Source: Daphnia carinata (Eukaryota). From it: a stretch of 64,000 bases of DNA. The position numbers were made by a program, and so were the translations under genes. The DNA lies in NCBI RefSeq assembly GCF_022539665.2, contig NC_081331.1:12152001-12216000 (forward strand). Reading direction: 5' to 3'. The notes beneath the pieces were generated by a model, which did not search any database, was not told the DNA's origin, and was given only the letters and a program-made list of their open reading frames with translations. Below, in pieces: positions 54,026 through 64,000 of the stretch. Position 1 is the first letter of the stretch. Each line of letters begins with the position of its first letter.

Positions 54026-56940
54026 ATGTATTTCTCAGTTTTCTGGTTGATGTTGATTGTGGTTTGGGAGAGCATGGCCTTTCAGGAATCCAAAGCTGTC
54101 ACAGATGTGATGGATCAGCACGTAATATCCACCACATTTAACACATCCATCATATTTGTTTATTATTTATGTACATGTATTATATCAGGATGGCCATATG
54201 CTTGAACAGACATCCAGCATGAGTAAGGGCAAGGGTCTTACCAGCCGTGCTTCCCCTATGATTTCCAAGCATGAAGAAATGATCTACCAAAAATTTGATA
54301 CAGCAGGTATTTTTGTATAACTATTTCATTTACACAGTTTTCCTTCATTTTTTTTTCTTGTTTACAAAATTCAAGAATACAAACCAAGCATGGAAATTTT
54401 AGCTGTTGGATTTCAGTATAATAATGAAACTACGACGCTCCGTGTGTCTGTCTATGTCGGTATTCCGGAAATCAACGGTGAAACCTACAGCGCGCCCCCA
54501 TTTAGAAAGCAATCCTTATCCACCGCATCGCCTCAGTCGAATCCAATGACGGAGAAGTTCACCAATTTCGAATTTTATTTGACAGCTTTACCGAACGGAA
54601 TTTCATCGGAACCACCTACAACCTGTTTAAATGACAATTTTTTACAACATTCAAGTCGAAATGTTATGGTCGGCTGCCCTCGTACTAAGGGCTCGTCACG
54701 GTATGACAAACACAATATCGATGACAATCACACTTCCTGCGTCGGCAGAGACGTGGTAATGTGTTATAAAAATTCGGCTTTCCAGACCAAAAGTTTATTG
54801 ACATTTTTGCTTGAATCTTACAGAGGAATTTTACAGTTACCTTTAACCATGTCTATTCTGCATACTATTGCCTTCTGATTCAACCTCAAGTGAATAGGCA
54901 TACGCGCAGAACGTTCACTCGCATGTTACACTATGAAACGAATAGAAGCCAAACATCAGCTGACATAACCAGATGGCAGACCACGATAGACTTGCAGCCA
55001 ATGCCTAGCAGGTAAAATGTGACATGATGAATTGAGTTCCGCCTCCGTGTATGATAATCACGCCGTAAAATTGGATATGAAAAAGTCAAGGCATTTCGGT
55101 GGCCTTTACGTTACCTAATTCTACCTACCAAATAATGAGTGGCCAACTCCGAGTGTATTTGATGCAAATGTCTGGCGAAAGATGCAACGACAGCAAACTA
55201 GTCCAAAGCGTTTGGTCAGAAATCCTGAAAATGGTATGCACTTCGAAATTTGATTTATTGCATTCATAATCAGTTTCTTTTAACTTATTATTCTTCTAAT
55301 ATTGTCGAATAGGAACCTGAAAAACAATTTGCAGAAATGGCTTTTTTCGGAAAGCCTCCTGGTATTTACTGCGTTGTCGTGGAGCCAATAGATGAAAGGT
55401 GCAATGGTAATAACTTCTGGAAAGTCAAAGGAGGAACGTGCCGCCGGCACTCTGCAAAAGCCGTGAAGCTCCAAGGTCAATATTTTTATTATACCGGTTT
55501 TTTTTCACTATCTGCTAGAAATTCAACGTATAATCAAACAAAAACAAAGACTTTTGTAGTATTATAAGATTTTTAAATGTTAACCTGTTTTATTAAAATT
55601 ACAGCTTCGCCATCACACATAGAAAGCAACGGAAATAACAAGCCGTTGGTCATCGTTAGAACACCAACAACTGACGTCTGGGCCAACTTCTACATTATCT
55701 GTGCTTTCGCCCTCGGTCTAGTACTCATCTCTTTGCTCGGTATAATGTTATTTTATCGCCATCGCCACAAAAAGCGCCTCCGGCAACGTCGCCAACAGTA
55801 TCTTGGTATTTTAAACAGTTTTTCCCTAAAGAAAATGCGAAATGTCGTTGTTTTATTATATGTCTATCTGTGTATGTTTCATGTTACAGCTGGGTGGGAA
55901 CCGAGCACGGATGTTTCGCGGGCCCAGTCAAACATCTCTGATGTCACCAGCATGAAGAAGTTGTTGAATGAACAACGGAATGATATTAGCAACGACTGCG
56001 ATCATATTCTTAACAATGGAATAGTCGAAAATATATTGTGTACTCATTTCTCCGTTTTGCTGCTATATCGCCGAGACGATGCTCAAGTGTCTCAACGTGC
56101 AACTGACCTTCGAAAACGACTGCAATCCGAATGCGGAGACAAAGTGAAGGTGCGATAGCTGGAGAGCATTTTGATATCCTTTTCCTGGAAAAATGTATTC
56201 GTATTTGAATAGTTTATTTTATATATACGTTTTTTATTTTCTTTATTTTTATTTTGTGGTTGTTGTTGCTGTGACACATCTGCAACTACCGCAAATGGAT
56301 TTTACAGTTCTTTTATATGACACAGGTGTACGATTATGGAGATGAAAGCCAATGGGAAGAAATGTCCATCGAAGGACTGGATTGGCTGCCAAATCGTATC
56401 TATGGAAATCAAGAGACCAATGGTTGTTTCAACCGAATTGTTGTCATCCATAGTCCATTGCAACCGAAAATCAGAAAAGAAAAAAAACAAGAAAATGACG
56501 GGGATATGGAATGCTTAAACCCGTTAATTATTGAGCAGTTGCCTGAGGCGATGGTCCATTGCCAAAGAAATGGTCATCTTTGCTCTACGACTGATCACGA
56601 ATTTCTCTACGGTATGCAACTCTTGAAGGGCTGCATACGTGAATCTGGTGACAGTTGTGTAAATGTAGAGAAACAGCAGCGTGGCCAACAGTCTGCAAGT
56701 CCTTACAGACGTGTCTTTAATGTCCGGTACTTTGAAATTGAAACGATAAATAGCCATTGAAGCTTTCAGCAGTTTATTATTTTCTTCCGTTTCAGGTACA
56801 CGGACATGATAGACAACCAGTTATCTGAAACTGAAAATCAAAATATTGCATATCCTGATCTTACGGTGGCACCGTTTACTTGTTACCTTTTACCTGGGCA
56901 TTTCAATCAACTCTTACAGCACTTAACCTCAACGCAATAA
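54026..56940 (+). CDS. Single-pass type I membrane protein, IL-17-receptor-like with putative cytoplasmic SEFIR domain
   Basis: About 10 in-phase exons. Signal peptide MYFSVFWLMLIVVWESMA; a beta-rich ectodomain with repeated Y-C-x-x-x-x-P strands (AYYCLLIQP, GIYCVVVEP); TM segment FYIICAFALGLVLISLLGIMLFY with a basic stop-transfer; cytoplasmic VLLLYRRD..LQSECG..VYD..W.E...GLDWL..IVVIHSP..YLLPGHFNQLLQHL. The domain call is by eye, not by HMM. Confidence 0.7.
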
Positions 56941-57639
56941 CGATATTTACCCACAAATCAAACTGGAAACGGAAAATTCCAACCCGTTTGTTCTCAGCTA
57001 GTGGTATACTCGATGAATCTCTGGTCAATTTGTGTTTGTCATTATGAGCAAGTCTTATCGTCGTTGCGATACCCCAATGTCAATTTTGGTTTGATCTGCT
57101 TCGTTTTGGTTATTTCTAGTATGCTCGACTTTCGTCCATTTTTGATGGTAATTTTTTCAAGAGAAATGTGCTTTCGTTTTATTTCGGAGTCATCTGATCA
57201 TAGTTGTTTTGTTGTCAATGTGTTAAGGTTTGGAATGAAGGCATTGAGCTAGAGAACGCTGAATAGCGGTCATGGATTTCAACAGCAAAGAAACGTACCT
57301 ACTCTAGATGTTTGAAGCGAAATTGATTTACCATCAGTTGGGTGTCGTGATGTGCGATTATCCTTTATTGCCTCAGACATCAGGGTGTTCCTTGTAAATT
57401 ATCATCAAACGTGAAAAATGTTTCAACCTCAAATCCCCTTTCTTAATTAATTCGTCTTCGTACCTGTTTGGCAAACGGAATGGTTAATTGATATATGTTT
57501 TTTTTTATACGTTTGCAACCTTGCATATTTGCCGTTTTTCTCAATAAATATATCTGGCACAAGTGAAGAAACTGTTCAGTATTTTGTTGACGTCTGTCAA
57601 ATTTGAACGGTATGGTGTCGAGTCAATGGGGAACATGCA

Positions 57640-60600
57640 ATGGCGCTGATTTTAGATTTGGTGTCTGGTGACATCACTCTGTTTCACGTCTTCACTTGGC
57701 TTGATATTGGCAGTGTTCACCAGGTTTGTACAAGACAATGTCAAAGTAAAACTTTGATGTCATCCCCCAAAAGTGTATGGTGGCTTTAATTATTTCACAT
57801 TTACTCAATAGGACCTCAAAGAACTTTTAAAAGATGAAACTGAAAATATCAGATATTCTTTTCCTCAACTGTTGATTGCTTTTATTAAAGAACAGACATC
57901 AAGGTAATTTGAATTTTATGTAATTTGGAATACTAGTGACTGAATTATATTTTTTAGTATTGTGAAGCTACACAATATCCATCCATATGAACATCATACT
58001 ATATCATCCCCAAAGAGAGAAAATGCATTACCAAAAGTGAATAATTTGTCATTGTCAAGCCCCAGTCCCAATTTCAAGAACAATGGCAGTTGTCAAGAAA
58101 CAAGAAAAATTCGCAAAATCACACCCCAACGACTGGATCTGTCAAGTGACTCTGCTTTTCCATCTCTTCAGCAATCTGCCCAGCCCAGAGAAATTCCAAA
58201 AAAAAGAAGGATAAATCCAACTCAACTTATAGAGAGTCCAGTTGCTACAAGGGTGCTACTACAGTTTGGTTCTTGCATACGACCAAGCCCCCCTGCTCTT
58301 GGACGTAATGCTTTCAATCAAGCACAAGAGCAATCCTGCCACAAAAGCCTTGACCAAGAACGAGCCCTTCTCAAGGAGAAGAAACGCCAAATCACGGTTC
58401 CTGCCGTATCCGATTTGGGAAGCAATACACCCAAAAATTGGATATGTGTTGAACCAGACATCAGTTTTGTCACTAACCAATCCCAACTCGACCGTCTAAG
58501 TGCCCTCTTTTCCTTTTGCCTTTCTCGTAACTTTGTACCATCCGTATTCAGCGAGATTCAGTTTTTAATTCAGCTGCTGGTACTCCGTGTGAGTCCTGCC
58601 AAATTAAAGCAGACTCATCTTGCTCAAAATCTACTCGGTAGCGTTCACAACTGTGTGTATTTTTCAGCAAAAACACTGGAACAATTGGAAGGCATCTGGT
58701 GTCATGTCGATCAAAGTGTCCTTCAGCAGCTGATGCACAATCCAAGATTGCTACTCTTCTGTCCCGAATGGACCAACGACAAGCTGCCCAGATTAAGCTC
58801 GTCGATAACGAACGTTGATAGAATTCCTCCACATAAAACTGTTGCTAATGTAGCATTTCAAACGGAAACTGACAACAGGTTCAATTTTGCCAGCGATTCA
58901 TCTTTCCAAGTTTTTAGAAAGCAACGCGATCAGTTTTGCGAGGTAAAGTGTTTTTGTTTCATCATTGTAAAAATAAATTTAATATCATTGTGTTGAGGAT
59001 TTCTTAGGTATGGCAAATTTGGAAAATCAACAGCTCTATCCCCGGCTGGAACATGTCTATAGCTTTACAGAAGATGATTCAGTCATTGGTGGATCTACGT
59101 AGGGATTGCGTCAACTACGCCCATCTGGCTCGGTTATTCCGTTCGCAACTGCTGAACGTTGCCCAGCTAGTAAAACCCATCAACGAATTAGAAGAACCAG
59201 ATGGACCTCTGGGCCTGCTCCAGTCTTCCGACCCGGACAAGCTTCGTCGACTAAGGGATCGTCTTACAAACCCACCTGAAAGCCGTCCAGCTCGTTGTAT
59301 TGGAAATGAAAACGACATCAAAATGCACTTTGAAGGGGATCAAGAATTCTTCCGCGATTTCATCTTACTTGCCGCCAGTCCAGCATTCAACGAACATTTG
59401 AAAACCAGCTTATTGAGCGGAATTGAAGACTTGTCTTCAAGCGAGGATTGCGATGATCGAGCTCAGTTTGCTGAAACTGTCATTGCACTTCAAGTGATGG
59501 CCAAATTTTTGGGTTTTCTCCATTTTTATCCGCACGCTTCTGGCGATCACCTTCCAGAGCACATCTTCCATCATTTGAGCAGACTGCGCATTAGTCAAAG
59601 AGAACCGATCGACCTCGTGAACTACATCAAGGACGCTTTTCAAAAAGGCCGGCTCGTGCTGATCATACCGTGGGTTGTGACTTACCTCACACTAGCCGAT
59701 CCAGTATCTCTTTGTCTTCCGGGCTTCCATTCTGTCCTTTGTCATCTGATTTTCGTCTACCGGAAAGCTGAAATCGCTCCAGCGAATGCATTTTTAATCC
59801 GCATTTTACTTGGTTGGCTTTTTAGCCAACCAAATTTCCCTCTAGCGTTGCTGACGAAACCGGACGATGATTTGCTAATCGAGTTCGGAAATCTGTCATT
59901 GTCAACTACTGATGACCAGCTACCTCGGCTGGATCAATCCCGGTTAGTCGATTCGAGTTTAATCCATCAATGCTGCCCTTTCCTGTGGTCGTGGAAGCAT
60001 TTGCTGGCGGAATTCGCCTGTTCAGATGCAAAATACAGCGGAGAAAGAGCTTCGGTTAGCCGTAAAATCACGCCCGTCTCGGCAGAAGAGAATCCGTCAC
60101 CTGTGAAAGCTCCTGCAGTTAAATCGCTGCAGAAATCGCTAGAAGAGAATTTCTTCCACAATCAACCGTCTTCCGTCAAACGGACGGTTGAATTTGTGGC
60201 TGAACGGCTAGCCTCAAATATAGTCCGTGACGTCCGTCATCAGATTATTCCCCGTTTAGTTTTAAGCGCTCAAGCAACCCTCAATAATTGGCCGTCTACG
60301 GCAAAGGATCCTGTGGAGTCTCTATGCCTTCAGCTCTGCGCGGACGTCCGCGATGAAGCTGCTTCCGCTGCCACATTCGCCATTGCTTCCCTCGAGTCTA
60401 CATTGACGGCCTTACTGCCCAATGATTTACTACCTCCTGTAAGAAGAGTCTGTGTTTCTATAGCGTCTAAATTAACTCAAGGCAAAGTTCTTGATTGGAT
60501 TCAACTTCACGTCACGAAAAGTAAATCCTGTCACCTATCAGTAATGTTGTTTTTTCTTTCTAATTTCTTCTTTTTTTTATTGCAGGCTTATTTAAAAACG

Positions 60601-61525
60601 ATCTAGAAGTCGAATTGGCCAAACTCGATAAAAGTTGTGCCCGTCGTGTAACTACCCCTGGGTCCCCAACGGCATCTGATAAGCCGCAAGTTGTTCATGA
60701 TTCAACTACACAAGCTCCTTCGTTTCTCATTGATCGACTGAAAACATTGATCCGGCAAGTCATTCGTGACGCTTTAAAAGTGACTGAACAAGATCTGATC
60801 GACTTGCTGTCCAACTCTGAAGGCACGCTGCATAGGCGGGTTGATGTGACTCCAATCGTCTCTAAATGTCTTCAACAGTTGACGTTCGACTTACTTTTCA
60901 TCGTTTGTAAGAAAATGTTAAAACTCGTTGACGCACAGTTTGACCTTTCCATTACGTTCATTACATCTGCTAACAGGCGTCTTTCAACCAGAAAGTATAG
61001 GATCGCAAACAATAACAGCGTGGGTCGCTTTCTGGTGCAAAACGTACCCATCCATCGATTCGGCAGAAACAGAGGAACCGGTTCAACCACCCGGAGCGCT
61101 AATTTCAACTTGCGTTTGGCAAGTTTTGACGCCCAAACAGCTGTTGCTGCTGGCTCAATCAACTTCGCCTAGAGAGTCTTGGAATCACGTCACTACACTT
61201 CTCCTACAATTGATGAAAAGTGGACTTGTTCGTTACAAAGACGTTCAGGAGCAAGCTATTGCCGTTGTCCGGCAAGAATGGCCTCAGGTAATTGAACTAC
61301 GCGTTTTTTTTCTTTATTTTATCAATAAGTTTTTTTTTTCTCTTTTTTCTTTTTTCGAAAATGGAATGAAAGGAACTTCTTGGGCGATTTGCAACTTGCG
61401 TTCGCGACATTGTTGATTGGCATCGCAATCAAAAAAGTGACCCGAACCTTTCAACGTCTGAAAGCTGCGATGACGACGATTTGTTGAGTTGGTTGTCTTG
61501 GTTTTGTGCGCAGGACGATTTGTAG
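57640..61525 (+). CDS. CDAN1: Codanin-1 (discs lost orthologue)
   Basis: Exons 57640-57723, 57812-57903, 57958-58942, 59008-60520, 60586-60906, 60977-61287 and 61373-61525. Motifs include KKRRINPT, SVHNCVYF, FRKQRDQF, ARLFRSQL, FEGDQEFFRDFI, AKFLGFL, RKITP and LEENFFHNQPSSVKRTVEFVAERLASN. Confidence 0.92.
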
Positions 61526-64000
61526 TGATAGTTGTAAAGTCAAGTTTGGCTCGTGCGACAACAAAAGAAGAGTAAAAGAAAATCTGGATAGCTCTTTTGT
61601 ACCTACTACGAAAATTAAATCGTCCCAATAAATTTTAAAAGAAAGAAATAAAAGGGCCCTGGGCCTGTGGCAAAAAGAAAGCAGCGCACTTGATGGTGTT
61701 GAAAGTTTGCAAGCAAATGACGTAAGTAATGCGCTACTCCTTTTGCGTTATCGCGTGAGGGGCACCAGGTTGTATCCAATTGAATACCGTTAGTCTTTGG
61801 AAAGATTTTAGTTCACGATGCAGAGAACGAGTTGAATTGCGTTTCTAAGAACTTGGGCATTTCTAGAATAATGCCAACTGGAAGAGGAGTTAACAATGTT
61901 TTCAAAGGAAAGTTGAGTAAACAAAATATTTACGTTCATACTAAACATTCTTCGTTAAATCTGTGATTACGTGTTTAAATAATTGTCCTTCTAAACGAAT
62001 CCATAGTCGATAAGTTATTTCAAAGCAAAGCCGACAAAGCGCAAAACATGAAAGGTCAAACATATTAACTCAACGACGATAGATATCGGGTTAATAGATT
62101 TAAAAAAAAAACAGCCCTAGAGCAACAGAGCGTTTGTAACACGTTCGTTAAAAACAACTTGTTCTTCTATGCTTGCCAAACTCCAGGAATGCGTGTGGAA
62201 TACTGGCCTATTATATTGGAAGTGCAAGACGTGATCGTTGAACTATTACGTATTGCCTAACATTGAATGTTATACTAAACAATTCAAGTGCGTATACCAG
62301 AAATAGAATGCACCTAATGGAAAATCTCGTTGGTTCACGCCTCACGACGATAGATATTTAATAAAAATTTATTCCGTGTAGGCGGAGAGTGTAGGTGGGC
62401 AATGCCCAAAAGTGTATCCCATCAAAGATCCTAATCTTCGGTAAAAAAAAAAGTTCTCAACACAGATCGACCCAAAACTTTTGTCATTTTTGTCCTGATA
62501 TTTATTCGGAAATTTGTTTCTTTATTGTTTACGGCCATCTGCGATGATGTCCCAAAATAGGATGGACGTGCTCAAGAGCGCGAGATAAAGCGTCGTCCTG
62601 CCACCATTTGGGTAAAAAAGAAAATTGTATATGATTATATCATTATCCGCACAAGGCGGGTAGTTTGCTGGTAAAAGGTGATGATCAGAACTGATAGGCC
62701 ATTAGATGATCAAGCACGGTCGATAGAAAACTCGATGTGATGTCATTGATTATTTATTTAAGGGCAAAGTGCTGCACGCGAGAGATGCGCATAAAGTTCT
62801 CTAAGAGTGTTTTGTGCAAAAAGCCAATTTCGATGTCAACCAACTTAGATTTAAAAAAAAAATACGGAACACAATAGTTGCCTCATTATATTACGTTCAG
62901 TTAGTTATGAATAATAAGCTTTATCATTAGAGAAAAAGACAGAAACATTTCGTTTAGTTATTAAGTGTTGCGGTACTACCGATTCGTTTTGAATATTACG
63001 CGTACAACCGACTATTTAAATGACATTTTTTAGCGCACAAATCACTCAGTCCACATATCCTATGATTGTAACGAGTCGTCGTGTGTAGCACCCTTGACAA
63101 CATTTCTTTTGTTTCACCGAACCGCTTAAAATAGAAAGCTAGTAACATACGTAGCAAATATCAGTTGTTCAAATACATTCAAGATGTACATCTCTATGAA
63201 ACAATAGATTTGATATAAAAGAAAGATTTCTCCTGAAAGAACATACATACACCAAGCCTACGTAGAAAGAAAAGAAAGGGGCGAAAGAGCGAGTGGATTT
63301 CAATATTAAGAATCAGAGAAATCCATGCACATATGTCAACATACTCTCTATATAAATACACTCGGTCGGGCGAAGATGGTTGCGCGCAATTCCACGTTTT
63401 CAAACAGAATATAAAGGCGGAGTACTCGAAAAGTCTGCGCGACCATTGAAGGTGAAGGAGCTCTCGCCAGGGATGATGGCCAAAAAACGCAAAAGATTTT
63501 CAGGCGATCGTGCCACAGTCTCTCGCCTAGGGATAACTGCGGAGGGCTATACCCTTTTGTTCCAAAATATCCCCACAAGCGATGAACTATCAAGAGATAC
63601 ACAAGTCTATAGGCGATAACAAACAGAGAGAATGTTACATACTCTTTATATTCTAATCCTCGGTGCATGTAGAGAAGAACCAGCACGTTTTGCCATACGG
63701 GAGGAACATTGGGGGTAGATGACAAACACACAAGGATTTCACCTATTTACCACTTTTGCTCCCATACGTTCTTTGTTTTTCCCCACGCGATTGTATATAA
63801 GGAAGATTACAGTTATGTATATGACATTCTTTTTTTTTGTGTGTGTGACATAGTCTTTTGCATATTTTTGAAGGCTGGCGGATATGAAGAGTGTGCTGCT
63901 CTTGATTGATGACCTAGGATTAAGAATGACCATCATCATGAGGTATAGATGAAAAAGTCATATAGGGGCGGGTCAATATAATTGATTGGACTGTGTGACC

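Noticed and set aside
63194..63939. Cluster of 66-127 aa ORFs at the right end
   Set aside because: No recognisable domain and no in-phase exon chain.

Overview
Eukaryotic genomic DNA with short GT-AG introns (mostly 60-100 nt) and compact gene packing. It looks like an arthropod/crustacean, plausibly Daphnia, but that is inferred from gene architecture only. Most short ORFs in the supplied track are noise or shadows, so I reconstructed gene models by hand from splice sites. In order, the genes are: a cyclic-nucleotide-gated channel (+, 8 coding exons) with a nested antisense secreted-protein gene in its first coding intron; ALG9 (-); MED11 (+); a 201-aa uncharacterised protein starting MAFMIPVV (+); an hnRNP U-like protein (+); a TMC channel (-); RNF8 (-); CKS (+); RPB7/POLR2G (-); an IL-17-receptor-like/SEFIR-like membrane protein (+); and codanin-1 (+). 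The most unusual signals are: (i) degenerate tRNA-like Pol III cassettes built into MITE-like inverted-repeat elements in two divergent-promoter intervals, including one element whose 82-bp TIRs are themselves tRNA-derived; (ii) a CNG pore lacking the acidic filter residue; (iii) a 57-bp stray copy of a CNG exon segment upstream of the gene; (iv) frame breaks in TMC and hnRNP U-like, which may be assembly indels, the TMC one being exactly compensated by retaining a 61-nt intron; (v) an RPB7 intron whose 5' end repeats the start of the next exon. No database searches were run.
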